Assembly: GCA_030445745.1 (NCBI GenBank)
Contig: JASUTE010000005.1
Location: 68,501 to 132,500 of the forward strand
DNA length: 64,000 nt
Direction: 5' to 3'
Source of the DNA: Candidatus Cloacimonadota bacterium
GTDB lineage: Bacteria; Cloacimonadota; Cloacimonadia; Cloacimonadales; TCS61
Part shown: positions 1-8,765 of the stretch, in pieces
Layout of the letters: the number at the start of each line of letters is the position of its first letter
Position numbering within the stretch: position 1 is the first letter of the stretch
Position numbers and translations under genes: made by a program
Notes under the pieces: generated by a model
The model's database searches: none
Seen by the model: the letters and a program-made list of their open reading frames with translations, nothing else
What the model was told of the DNA's origin: nothing

Positions 1-429
1 GAGAAGAAAAGTTTGATAATCTATGATAGTATGTGGGGCTCTACCCAGAAAATTGCAGAGGCAATCCATTCTGTTTTTGAAGACTTAAACTACAATACTT
101 CCCTGCTAAATTTACGAACCAACCATATTTCCGATATTATGACGAAAGTTTTAACTGCAGAATATATCTGTGTAGGTTCGCCTACTTTGAACAGCAACAT
201 TTTGCCTACAGTAGCTGCTTTCCTAACATATTTGAAAGGACTAGCGCCCAAAAACCGTAAAGGATTGGCTTTTGGTTCCTACGGATGGGGGGGGCAGAGT
301 ATAGGAATTGTGGAAAAAACTCTGCAGGAATGTGGATTTGAAATTTTACCACAAATAAAAGCACAGTACGTGCCCAATGAAGCAAAATTAGAAGAAATCA
401 AGGATAAATTGAAAAAAGAATTAAAATAA
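1..429 (+). CDS. Flavodiiron protein (FprA / rubredoxin:oxygen oxidoreductase type), C-terminal flavodoxin-like domain; 5' end cut by window edge
   Basis: The reading frame is open back to base 1 (EKKS precedes the listed TTG). 'LIIYDSMWGSTQKIAEAI' matches the start of the FMN/flavodoxin domain of flavodiiron proteins. It heads an O2-detoxification gene string. Confidence 0.75.
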   Translation, partial: EKKSLIIYDSMWGSTQKIAEAIHSVFEDLNYNTSLLNLRTNHISDIMTKVLTAEYICVGSPTLNSNILPTVAAFLTYLKGLAPKNRKGLAFGSYGWGGQSIGIVEKTLQECGFEILPQIKAQYVPNEAKLEEIKDKLKKELK

Positions 430-441
430 CAGGAGGTTAAG

Positions 442-951
442 ATGATTTCAGAAAAATTACAAGATGCTATTAATGAGCAGATAAATCGTGAGTTATATTC
501 AGGCTATCTGTATCTTTCCATGGCAGCCTATTTCGATTCTATGAATCTACCAGGCTTTGCCAGTTTTATGAAAGTACAGCTAGAAGAAGAAAGATTTCAT
601 ACTATGAAATTCTATGATTTCGTGAATGAAAGAGGTGGAAGAGTTGTTCTTAAAAAAATAGCTCAACCGCCAGTAGATTTTGATTCTCCAGTAGAGGTTT
701 TCGAGCTATCTTTAAAACACGAGCAATCAGTAACAAAAATGATTAACGAACTTATGGACTTGGCTATCGCAGAAAACGACCATGCTGCCAAAAGTTTTTT
801 AAATTGGTATGTAGATGAACAGGTAGAAGAAGAAAATACGATGAATGGAATTGTAAACAAACTTAAAATGGTTGGTGGAAAAGGGCATGGTATGCTAATG
901 ATGGATAACGAATTGGCTACCAGAACTTTTACTCCACCAAACGAAAATTAA
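442..951 (+). CDS. ftn: Ferritin (non-haem, bacterial Ftn type)
   Basis: 169 aa. 'NEQINRELYSGYLYLSMAAYF' and 'QLEEERFHTMKFYDFVNERGG' are typical ferritin diiron-site helices. AGGAGG lies upstream. Confidence 0.9.
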   Translation: MISEKLQDAINEQINRELYSGYLYLSMAAYFDSMNLPGFASFMKVQLEEERFHTMKFYDFVNERGGRVVLKKIAQPPVDFDSPVEVFELSLKHEQSVTKMINELMDLAIAENDHAAKSFLNWYVDEQVEEENTMNGIVNKLKMVGGKGHGMLMMDNELATRTFTPPNEN

Positions 952-965
952 AAATGGAGGAAAAA

Positions 966-1346
966 ATGACTAAACTAAGACAGCTTTATTACTGTGAGAT
1001 TTGTGGAAATGTAGTAGAAATAGCTAACGAAGGGCAACCTTCACTAGTTTGCTGTGGAGAGCCAATGAATCTTTTGGAAGCTAAAACAGAAGATTCCAGC
1101 ACAGAAAAACACGTACCCTATGTTGAAGAAACCGCAAATGGTGTTGTGGTGAAAATTGGCCAGAATGAATCTCATCCGATGACAGAAAAGCATCACATCA
1201 AATTTATCGAAGTACTTACCAAAGACAAAGTGTATCGAGCCGAACTTAAACCTGGGAATGAACCCAAAGCGGAATTCCCAGTTAAAAAAGAGGATATTGT
1301 AACTGCCAGAGAATGGTGCAACATTCATGGCTTATGGAAAAGTTAG
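966..1346 (+). CDS. dfx: Desulfoferrodoxin (2Fe superoxide reductase)
   Basis: N-terminal desulforedoxin-like CxxC...CC ('YYCEICGNVVE...LVCCGEPM') plus a neelaredoxin domain ('EKHVPY', 'HPMTEKHHI', 'CNIHGLW'). GGAGGA lies 4-5 nt before the ATG at 966; the track ORF starts at 954. Confidence 0.9.
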   Translation: MTKLRQLYYCEICGNVVEIANEGQPSLVCCGEPMNLLEAKTEDSSTEKHVPYVEETANGVVVKIGQNESHPMTEKHHIKFIEVLTKDKVYRAELKPGNEPKAEFPVKKEDIVTAREWCNIHGLWKS

Positions 1347-1359
1347 GGAGTAGATAAAG

Positions 1360-2007
1360 TTGGAAGAAAAATTCAATATGCCTCTTTTAGGCGATAAATT
1401 CCCTGAATTAAAGGTAAACACAACTCATGGACCCAAAATCTTGCCTAAAGATTACGAAGGGAAATGGTTTGTACTATTCAGTCATCCCGGCGATTTTACT
1501 CCAGTTTGTACAACAGAATTCTATTCTTTCCAAAAACGCTATGAGCAATTCAAAGCAATGAATGTAGAACTTATTGGAATGTCGATCGATCAAGTTCATT
1601 CTCATATTAAATGGGTAGAATGGATCGAAGATAATTTAGGCGTAAAGATCGAATTTCCTATAATTGCAGCAACCGAACAAATAGCGCTTAAGCTGGGAAT
1701 GCTGCATCCCGGGAAAGGTACAAATACGGTGCGTGCTGTATTTGTAGTAGATCCCAAAGGAAAAACCAGACTGGTTCTATACTATCCCCAGGAAATCGGC
1801 AGAAATATGGGCGAGATTGTAAGAGCTGTTAAAGCTCTGAAAGTTGCCGATGAAAACGGTGTTGCGATACCGGCAGATTGGCCAAACAACGATCTGATAA
1901 AAGATAGAGTAATTTTGCCAACAGCTTCCAATATGAAAGATGCTGAAGCACGTAAAGGCAAAGAAGGTTGTTACGATTGGTGGTTCTGTCATAAAGAACT
2001 GAAATAA
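1360..2007 (+). CDS. Peroxiredoxin (1-Cys/Prx6-like thiol peroxidase)
   Basis: '[18 protein letters not shown]' is the peroxidatic Cys motif. 215 aa. An alternative ATG start at 1378 would give MPLLGDKFP. Confidence 0.9.
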   Translation: MEEKFNMPLLGDKFPELKVNTTHGPKILPKDYEGKWFVLFSHPGDFTPVCTTEFYSFQKRYEQFKAMNVELIGMSIDQVHSHIKWVEWIEDNLGVKIEFPIIAATEQIALKLGMLHPGKGTNTVRAVFVVDPKGKTRLVLYYPQEIGRNMGEIVRAVKALKVADENGVAIPADWPNNDLIKDRVILPTASNMKDAEARKGKEGCYDWWFCHKELK

Positions 2008-2073
2008 AATGTTGACTAATTGGCTTGTCTATTCAAATATAGCCAGGCCAATTATTTTAATATGGAGGTAAAA

Positions 2074-2661
2074 ATGGAATTTAAAAATTCAAAAACAGCA
2101 GAAAATCTCATGAAAGCATTCGCAGGTGAATCGCAGGCTAGAATGAGATATAGTTATTATGCTTCTGTGGCGCGCAAAGAAGGTTTCCGCCAGATAGAAG
2201 CAATTTTTAATGAAACTGCTGGCAATGAAAAAGAACATGCCAAGCTTTTTATGAAACAACTAATAAAAAACGGTATAAACAAAGAAGCTGCTGTAATTAA
2301 CGATGCTGCCTATCCAGTTTGCTACGATGATACCTTAAGTAATTTGCAATGCGCAGCTGATGGCGAAAAGGAAGAGTGGACTGGATTATATCCTACTTTT
2401 GCCAAGAAGGCCGAGGAAGAGGGTTATCCCGAAGTGGCAAAAACTTTCCGTTTAGTTGCAGAAGTGGAAAAACGCCACGAAGCACGCTATCGTAAATTAT
2501 GGAAAAATGTAAAAGAACATACTGTATTCAAAAAGAATGATAAAGTGTATTGGAAGTGCCGCAATTGTGGTCATATAGTTTACAATATAGAGGCACCGGA
2601 AGTATGTCCAGTTTGCGCTCATCCCAGAGATTATTTTGAAGTTTGGAAAGAAACATATTAA
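2074..2661 (+). CDS. rbr: Rubrerythrin
   Basis: Diiron four-helix domain ('[16 protein letters not shown]', 'EKEHAKLF', '[10 protein letters not shown]') plus a C-terminal rubredoxin-like CxxC...CxxC ('CRNCGH...CPVCAHP'). GGAGGT precedes the ATG at 2074; the track ORF starts at 2020. Confidence 0.92.
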   Translation: MEFKNSKTAENLMKAFAGESQARMRYSYYASVARKEGFRQIEAIFNETAGNEKEHAKLFMKQLIKNGINKEAAVINDAAYPVCYDDTLSNLQCAADGEKEEWTGLYPTFAKKAEEEGYPEVAKTFRLVAEVEKRHEARYRKLWKNVKEHTVFKKNDKVYWKCRNCGHIVYNIEAPEVCPVCAHPRDYFEVWKETY

Positions 2662-2675
2662 AAAGGAGGGAAATT

Positions 2676-2816
2676 ATGCAAAAATATCGTTGCGACGCCT
2701 GTGGTTATATCTATGACCCCGCTGAAAACAATAATGTAGCATTCGAAGATTTACCAGATGATTGGGTATGTCCAGAATGCGGTGTAGGGAAAGACCTTTT
2801 TAGCCCTATCGATTAG
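2676..2816 (+). CDS. Rubredoxin (46 aa, absent from the ORF track)
   Basis: My own translation is [46 protein letters not shown]. It has the canonical CxxCG...CPxCG rubredoxin motifs. AGGAGGG lies 6 nt upstream and a terminator follows. Confidence 0.9.
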   Translation: MQKYRCDACGYIYDPAENNNVAFEDLPDDWVCPECGVGKDLFSPID

Positions 2817-2824
2817 CGATAAGT

Positions 2825-2862
2825 GTGGATACCATCTGTTGGTGGTATCCACCTTATTTTTT
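2825..2862 (+). terminator. Rho-independent terminator after rubredoxin
   Basis: A 10-bp perfect stem, GTGGATACCA (2825-2834) with TGGTATCCAC (2843-2852), has an 8-nt loop and is followed by CTTATTTTTT. Confidence 0.7.
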
Positions 2863-2875
2863 ATAAGGAGATAAA

Positions 2876-3331
2876 ATGAATGCGGACAAATTTAATGAAA
2901 TTATAAATTTTGCTGTTGCCCGAGAACGCGATGCTGTAGAATTCTATCAGGATCTACAAAAAAAAGCCAAATTCAAGGCGCAAAAAGAGATGCTAAAAGA
3001 ATTGGAAAATATGGAGAAGGGACATATCATTACCCTAAATAAATTACGCAAGAAGGGATTCGCTATAGTTTCCGAAAAAAAAGAAGTTCCTGACCTTAAA
3101 ATAAGCAATTACATAGTAAATGTGGCAACATCCGAAAATATGACCTATCAAGATATTCTTATAGTTGCCATGAAACGCGAAGAAGCTTCCAAAAATTTAT
3201 ACACAGACCTGGCAGCCAGATTGGAAAGTCGGGAAGCTCAGCAAGTATTCCAAAGATTAGCTCAGGAAGAAGCTAGCCATAAATTGAAGTTTGAAAAATT
3301 GTATGACGAACAAGTATTAAAAGATAATTAA
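2876..3331 (+). CDS. Ferritin-like / rubrerythrin-family diiron domain protein
   Basis: 151 aa. Paired helices with E...ExxH signatures ('ARERDAVEFY', 'LENMEKGHI', 'REEASKNLY', 'QEEASHKLKF'). Confidence 0.7.
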   Translation: MNADKFNEIINFAVARERDAVEFYQDLQKKAKFKAQKEMLKELENMEKGHIITLNKLRKKGFAIVSEKKEVPDLKISNYIVNVATSENMTYQDILIVAMKREEASKNLYTDLAARLESREAQQVFQRLAQEEASHKLKFEKLYDEQVLKDN

Positions 3332-3340
3332 GAGGAGAAA

Positions 3341-4321
3341 ATGGTTGATCTGAGAACAAAATACATGGATTTGGAACTGAAAAACCCGATTATAATTGGT
3401 TCTAGCGGGTTAACTGATAATGTGGATTCCATAAAACAGCTCGCTGCAAATGGAGCTGCTGCTGTGGTGCTAAAATCACTTTTCGAAGAACAGATTATGA
3501 TGGAGATAGAAAAAAATCTGGGTGATTACAATCCTTCTCATTCCCATACCGAAACAGAGGATTATCTTACCTATTTCGAGAAAAAACATCACCTGGAAAA
3601 ATATCTGAATTTAATAAAAGATACTAAAAAAGCAGTTGATATTCCGATAATAGCCAGTGTGAATTGCCGCACTGCTTCCGAGTGGGTTAAATTTGCCAAA
3701 GAGATAGAAAAAGCTGGGGCAGATGGTTTGGAACTGAATATATTTATGCTGCCTTCAGATATGAAACAGGGAATAGATGAAAATGTCTATTTTAAAATTA
3801 TTAAACAGGTTAGAATGCAGATAAAAATACCTATCGCGGTTAAAATTGGCTATTACTTCAATAATTTGGCACAACACATTGTGCAACTTTCTCGTACAGA
3901 TGTAAATGGCTTGGTTTTGTTCAACCGCACTTATAGCCCAGATGTGGATATAAATGCAGAGAAAATGATAGCCGGCGATTCTCTGAGTTGCGAACACGAG
4001 ATTACGCATTCATTGCGCTGGATAGGTATTGTTGCCGAAAACACGGATTGTTCTTTGGCAGCTTCAGGCGGTGTTCACAATGGCCAGGGCGTTATTAAAG
4101 AGCTGCTGGTTGGAGCCGATGCCGTTCAGATGGTTTCTGCACTCTACAAAAATTCACCAGCACTGATAAAAACTGTTTTGGCACAACTGCAAAATTGGAT
4201 GGATAAAAATAACTACAGCTCAATCGCAGAATTTAAAGGTAAGTTAGCTCGAAAATCAATTGCCAATCCACAATTTTATGATAGAGTACAATTTATGAAA
4301 TACCTGCAGGGGGAAGAATAA
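3341..4321 (+). CDS. Dihydroorotate dehydrogenase-like (PyrD/PreA-family) flavoprotein
   Basis: 326 aa. N-terminus 'LELKNPIIIGSSGLT', then 'ADGLELN' and 'GGVHNGQGVIKELLVGADAVQM', typical of the class-1 DHOD TIM-barrel fold. Confidence 0.7.
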   Translation: MVDLRTKYMDLELKNPIIIGSSGLTDNVDSIKQLAANGAAAVVLKSLFEEQIMMEIEKNLGDYNPSHSHTETEDYLTYFEKKHHLEKYLNLIKDTKKAVDIPIIASVNCRTASEWVKFAKEIEKAGADGLELNIFMLPSDMKQGIDENVYFKIIKQVRMQIKIPIAVKIGYYFNNLAQHIVQLSRTDVNGLVLFNRTYSPDVDINAEKMIAGDSLSCEHEITHSLRWIGIVAENTDCSLAASGGVHNGQGVIKELLVGADAVQMVSALYKNSPALIKTVLAQLQNWMDKNNYSSIAEFKGKLARKSIANPQFYDRVQFMKYLQGEE

Positions 4322-4340
4322 GCGAAAGTGAGGAGAGTTT

Positions 4341-6011
4341 ATGTATTCCGATATCGAAATTGCGCAAAAGGCAGTTTTGAAACCTATCACGGAGATTGCA
4401 GAAACATTAGGTTTGAAAAAAGAAGATCTGGATTTATATGGTGACTATAAAGCAAAAATTAAGTTTTCTTCCTTAAGAAAATTAGAAAACAATAAAACCG
4501 GTAAACTGATTTTAGTTTCTGCAATTACACCTACCCCAGCCGGAGAGGGTAAGACTACCACTTCAATTGGCTTGGCCCAAGCTATGAATAAATTGGGGAA
4601 AAAAACCTCCGTAGCGATACGTGAGCCTTCTTTAGGACCTGTTTTTGGAATTAAGGGCGGCGCAGCTGGAGGCGGTTATTCTCAGGTTTTACCAATGGAA
4701 GATATCAATCTGCATTTTACCGGCGATATGCACGCTGTTACTGCTGCTAACAACAATTTAGCTGCACTAATCGATAATCATATTTACAACGGAAATAAGC
4801 TAAGAATAAATCCTCGCACTATTACCTGGCGCCGGGTGATGGATGTTAACGATCGGTCACTGCGCAACATTGTTATAGGATTGGGCGGTAAAAAGCAAGG
4901 AGTTCCTCGTGAAGATGGCTTCGATATTACACCTGCTTCCGAAATTATGGCAATTTTGTGCCTTTCCAATAACCTGCATGAACTGAAGGAAAAAATTAGC
5001 AATATTACTGTAGGTTTTACTTACGATAACGAAATTATTAAGGTTAGCGATCTTGGCTTCCAAGGTGCTATTGCAGCACTTTTGAAAGATGCTTTAAAAC
5101 CGAATATAGTGCAAACTTTGGAAAATACTCCCGCTTTTGTGCATGGAGGCCCCTTTGCTAATATTGCCCAGGGTACCAACAGTATTTTGGCTACTAAAAC
5201 TGCTCTTAAACTTTCCGATTATGTGGTAACAGAAGCTGGTTTTGGTTTCGACCTTGGCGCTGAAAAGTTCTTCGATATTGTTTGTAAATATGGTAAGTTT
5301 TGTCCGCAAGCTGTGGTTTTGGTAGCCACAGTAAGAGCTTTGAAACACCATGGTGGTGTAAAATTGCGTGATCTGGATAAACCCAACTTGGAAGCTGTTG
5401 AAAAAGGCTTAGCTAATTTAGGCAAGCACTTAGACAGTATTAGAAAATTTGGAATGCGCTCGGTAGTAGCTATTAATAAATTTGCTTCCGATACCTCAGA
5501 AGAACTGGAATTAGTAGAAGAATACGCCAAACAAAATGGTTTTGATGCTGCTGTAGTAGATTTTTGGGCTAAAGGTGGCGAAGGTGGTTTGCAACTGGCA
5601 GAGAAGACAATTAAGCTTATAGAAGATGGTAAATGCAACCTTAAACCGCTTTATAATTGGGAAAGTGGGGTAAAAGAGAAGATTGCAACCATTGCTAAAG
5701 AGATCTATGGTGCTGAAGCTATCGACTTTACTTCTCAGGCAAACAAAGATCTACGCCGAATCAAGAAATATGGCTTTGAGAAGCTTCCAATATGCATGGC
5801 AAAAACACAGAAGTCTCTTTCTGATAACCCAAAATTACTAGGACGTCCCAAAGATTTTCTGGTTACTGTACGGCAGATAGTGGTTTCCTCCGGAGCTGGA
5901 TTTATTATTCCCATAACTGGTAATATTTTACGCATGCCGGGGCTTCCTAAAAAACCTTCTGCGATGGATATTGATGTAGATGAAAATGGTAATATAAGTG
6001 GTCTTTTCTAA
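4341..6011 (+). CDS. fhs: Formate--tetrahydrofolate ligase
   Basis: 556 aa. 'SDIEIAQ', P-loop 'PTPAGEGKTTTSIGL', 'EPSLGPVFGIKGGAAGGGYSQV' and 'PVCMAKTQ'-like 'PICMAKTQKSLSDNP'. Confidence 0.97.
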   Translation: MYSDIEIAQKAVLKPITEIAETLGLKKEDLDLYGDYKAKIKFSSLRKLENNKTGKLILVSAITPTPAGEGKTTTSIGLAQAMNKLGKKTSVAIREPSLGPVFGIKGGAAGGGYSQVLPMEDINLHFTGDMHAVTAANNNLAALIDNHIYNGNKLRINPRTITWRRVMDVNDRSLRNIVIGLGGKKQGVPREDGFDITPASEIMAILCLSNNLHELKEKISNITVGFTYDNEIIKVSDLGFQGAIAALLKDALKPNIVQTLENTPAFVHGGPFANIAQGTNSILATKTALKLSDYVVTEAGFGFDLGAEKFFDIVCKYGKFCPQAVVLVATVRALKHHGGVKLRDLDKPNLEAVEKGLANLGKHLDSIRKFGMRSVVAINKFASDTSEELELVEEYAKQNGFDAAVVDFWAKGGEGGLQLAEKTIKLIEDGKCNLKPLYNWESGVKEKIATIAKEIYGAEAIDFTSQANKDLRRIKKYGFEKLPICMAKTQKSLSDNPKLLGRPKDFLVTVRQIVVSSGAGFIIPITGNILRMPGLPKKPSAMDIDVDENGNISGLF

Positions 6012-6024
6012 TCGGGGTATGTAA

Positions 6025-6936
6025 ATGAAATTTTTAAAACAGAAAAATATGAAGATGATGCTGTACGGGCTCAGTTTCTTGGTTTTATATGGAATTTTTC
6101 TATTCGGATGGCGTGTATTAGCTTTGGTAGTTACAGCGAATATTTTTGCCATTCTCACTGAATATTTGTTTGTACGCAACAAGAAAAACAACCGAGTTTC
6201 GATGGCGGCAATGGTTACAGCTACTTTGCTGGCACTTTCAGTGCCACCTACCTTACCTTTTTGGATGATAGCCGTGGGTGCCATTGTGGCCATTACATTT
6301 GGCAAGATGGTTTTTGGTGGTTTCGGCTTGAATATGTTCAATCCGGCGATGGTAGGCAGAACTTTTATTTATGTAGCATTTGTCAATGCGATGACGGTTA
6401 ACTGGCTGCAGCCGTTCACCAAGTTTCCGGGCGGGTTTTCGGTGTGGCAAAAAATAGGAAACTTAACCAGTGCCACACCCATGATCCATTTTCGTGATAC
6501 TGGCGAGTTAACCGAGCTGAGCCGTTTGTTTTTCGGGCTTATTCCCGGAAGTGTGGGTGAGACCTCGGCTTTTCTTATTATTTTAATTGGCATCTACCTT
6601 ATTTGGACCAAAACCGCCAAATGGCAACCCATGCTGGCTACTTTGCTCAGTTTCTCTGTTTTTACGCTTATTTTCTATGGTACTAATCCGCTTCCTTTAA
6701 TCTTTAGTGGCGGGCTGATGTTCGGAATCGTATTCATCACTACCGATCCGGTATCTATGCCCAAAAACAAAACGGCAATTTGGGTGTATGGTTTCCTAAT
6801 AGGTTTCCTAACAGTCCTAATCCGTAAATATTCTCTGTTTGTGGAAGGATTTATGTTTGCTATTATTATCACCAATTCATTTATGCCGATTATCGAGATC
6901 GCTATTACCAAACTACAGAAGAAGAAAAGGAGTTAG
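6025..6936 (+). CDS. nqrB: NqrB/RnfD-family membrane subunit (FMN-binding)
   Basis: 303 aa and polytopic. 'TSATPM' is a flavinylation-type S/T motif and 'FITTDPVS' is a conserved C-terminal motif. It is first in a B-C-D-E-F order cluster. Its length is closer to RnfD than to Vibrio NqrB. Confidence 0.8.
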   Translation: MKFLKQKNMKMMLYGLSFLVLYGIFLFGWRVLALVVTANIFAILTEYLFVRNKKNNRVSMAAMVTATLLALSVPPTLPFWMIAVGAIVAITFGKMVFGGFGLNMFNPAMVGRTFIYVAFVNAMTVNWLQPFTKFPGGFSVWQKIGNLTSATPMIHFRDTGELTELSRLFFGLIPGSVGETSAFLIILIGIYLIWTKTAKWQPMLATLLSFSVFTLIFYGTNPLPLIFSGGLMFGIVFITTDPVSMPKNKTAIWVYGFLIGFLTVLIRKYSLFVEGFMFAIIITNSFMPIIEIAITKLQKKKRS

Positions 6937-6938
6937 CT

Positions 6939-7565
6939 GTGACCCAGGAAAAAAAAAGATTCAGCGATACCAGATTTTATCCCATCTTCTTCATGATAAT
7001 TGTATCTGTGATCTTTGTGGGGATTTTAGCCACTTTTTATGAATTAACTGCGCCTAGAGTGAAGGCTTACCAACAAGAAAGTAACCAAAAAATAATACTT
7101 GGTTTATTTGGACTGCCAACCCAGGCTCCGCAGCAAGCTTTCGATAAATTTATTGAAGAAAAACAGCAAGATGATATTGTTTATTATGAAGCAATTCAGC
7201 AAAATCGGCTTTTGGGTTTTGCCTTTCCTATTCGGGGGAAGGGACTGTGGGGAACTATAGATGCTGTGGTAGCCGTCTCGCCAGATTTTACAAAAATTAT
7301 CGCTTTCGATGTAATAAAACAGAATGAAACACCAGGTTTGGGTGGTCGTATAACCGAAAAGAAGTTCAAAAATCAATTCCAAAATAAGGATTTATTACAG
7401 AATAATGAATTAGTGAAATACAATCTGGTAGCAGAAGATGCAGTTGAAGATAAATATGAAATAAGCCAGATAACCGGCGCTACCTTATCCAGCAGAGCCG
7501 TGGTTAATATGCTTTATAATGAATTAAAAGATATTAAAGAAAGTTTAGGTGTTTCTTATGAGTAA
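6939..7565 (+). CDS. nqrC: NqrC/RnfG-family FMN-binding subunit
   Basis: 208 aa with an N-terminal TM helix. 'ETPGLGGRI' and the flavinylation motif 'ITGATLSSRAV' are present. GTG start with AAGGAG 6 nt upstream. Confidence 0.85.
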   Translation: MTQEKKRFSDTRFYPIFFMIIVSVIFVGILATFYELTAPRVKAYQQESNQKIILGLFGLPTQAPQQAFDKFIEEKQQDDIVYYEAIQQNRLLGFAFPIRGKGLWGTIDAVVAVSPDFTKIIAFDVIKQNETPGLGGRITEKKFKNQFQNKDLLQNNELVKYNLVAEDAVEDKYEISQITGATLSSRAVVNMLYNELKDIKESLGVSYE

Positions 7566-8154
7566 ACGAGAAATATTCATGAACAGCGCTTTTACCGAAA
7601 ATTCAGTTTGGAAGCAAATATTGGGAATTTGTTCGGCACTGGCCATAACCAACCTGGTGCGAAACAGTTTGGTGATGGGTTTGGGCGTTATTTTTACTTT
7701 GGCTTTATCTAGTCTTACAGTTTCGCTTATCCGCAGCTATATTCCCAAAAGAATACGTATGATGGTGCAAACCCTCATCATCGCTTCCTATGTAATCATC
7801 GTCGATCTATTTTTAAAAGCTTTTATGCCGGAGATAAGCAAAGCTTTGGGGCCCTATGTGGGGCTTATCATCACCAACTGCATCATTATGGGAAGGTTGG
7901 AAGCTTTCGCTGGTAAAAATAGCCCGATCGATAGCATGATAGATGGAATTGGTACTGGAGTAGGCTATAGCCTGGTGCTTATCATCATCTCGTTTGTACG
8001 CGAGCTGTTTGGCTTTGGCACCCTGTTTGGTTTCCAAATTTTGGGAGATTGGTGGACAAAATGGTCGATAATGGTAATGGCACCCAGTGCCTTTTTTATG
8101 TTAGCAATTTTAATTTGGATAATCAAAGGTCCCTTGAGTGCTAAGAAAGGATAG
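7558..8154 (+). CDS. nqrD: NqrD/RnfE-family membrane subunit
   Basis: 'NSVWKQILGICSALAITN' and 'GLIITNCIIMGR' are typical of NqrD/RnfE. The ATG at 7558 overlaps the nqrC stop; the track ORF starts at 7549. Confidence 0.88.
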   Translation: MSKREIFMNSAFTENSVWKQILGICSALAITNLVRNSLVMGLGVIFTLALSSLTVSLIRSYIPKRIRMMVQTLIIASYVIIVDLFLKAFMPEISKALGPYVGLIITNCIIMGRLEAFAGKNSPIDSMIDGIGTGVGYSLVLIIISFVRELFGFGTLFGFQILGDWWTKWSIMVMAPSAFFMLAILIWIIKGPLSAKKG

Positions 8155-8162
8155 GAGTTAGT

Positions 8163-8750
8163 ATGGAATTGAATCCGTTCGTTATTTTCATTGCTGCAAT
8201 TTTCACCAGTAATATTCTGCTGACAAATTTTCTGGGAATGTGTTCCTTTCTCTCTGTATCCAAAGAGATAGAATCTTCATTGGGGCTGGGGTTTGCTGTT
8301 GTTTTCGTGATGACCTTTACCTCGGCAATCAACTATGCTGTTTATCATTATATTTTGGTGCCTTTGGATATAGTTTATCTGCAATACATCATCTTTATAA
8401 TTGTTATTGCAGCATTTGTTCAGCTTACTGAAATGGTGATCGAGCGTTTTTCGCCGGTGCTCTATTATTCTTTGGGAATATTTTTACCACTTATAACGGT
8501 TAACTGTGCTATTTTAGGTATTTCTTTGTTCATGGTCATTCGTGAATACAATTTTGTGCAATCAGTTGCTTTTGGAGCTGGTGGAGGTTTGGGCTGGTTG
8601 CTGGCAATTTTAGCTTTAGCAGGCATACGAGCCAAGGTGAATTATAAATTTGTGCCTACCGGCTTACAAGGAGCTGGTTTAAGCTTAATAATAACCGGTC
8701 TGATGGCTTTAGGGTTTATTGGATTTTCCGGAATCGTAGTGATTCAATAG
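8163..8750 (+). CDS. nqrE: NqrE/RnfA-family membrane subunit
   Basis: 195 aa. 'NILLTNFLGMCSFL' and 'FLPLITVNCAILG' are typical of NqrE/RnfA. Confidence 0.88.
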   Translation: MELNPFVIFIAAIFTSNILLTNFLGMCSFLSVSKEIESSLGLGFAVVFVMTFTSAINYAVYHYILVPLDIVYLQYIIFIIVIAAFVQLTEMVIERFSPVLYYSLGIFLPLITVNCAILGISLFMVIREYNFVQSVAFGAGGGLGWLLAILALAGIRAKVNYKFVPTGLQGAGLSLIITGLMALGFIGFSGIVVIQ

Positions 8751-8765
8751 TAAAGGTAAAAGAAT

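Noticed and set aside
5219-5638. 139-aa minus-strand ORF, with several shorter ones (4784-5351, 5735-5935), opposite fhs.
   Set aside because: They are fully contained in the highly conserved formate-tetrahydrofolate ligase gene. There is no SD and no recognisable motif.
5928-6341. 137-aa minus-strand ORF spanning the fhs/nqrB junction.
   Set aside because: It is antisense to two well-supported genes. The translation is low-complexity and no ribosome-binding site is present.
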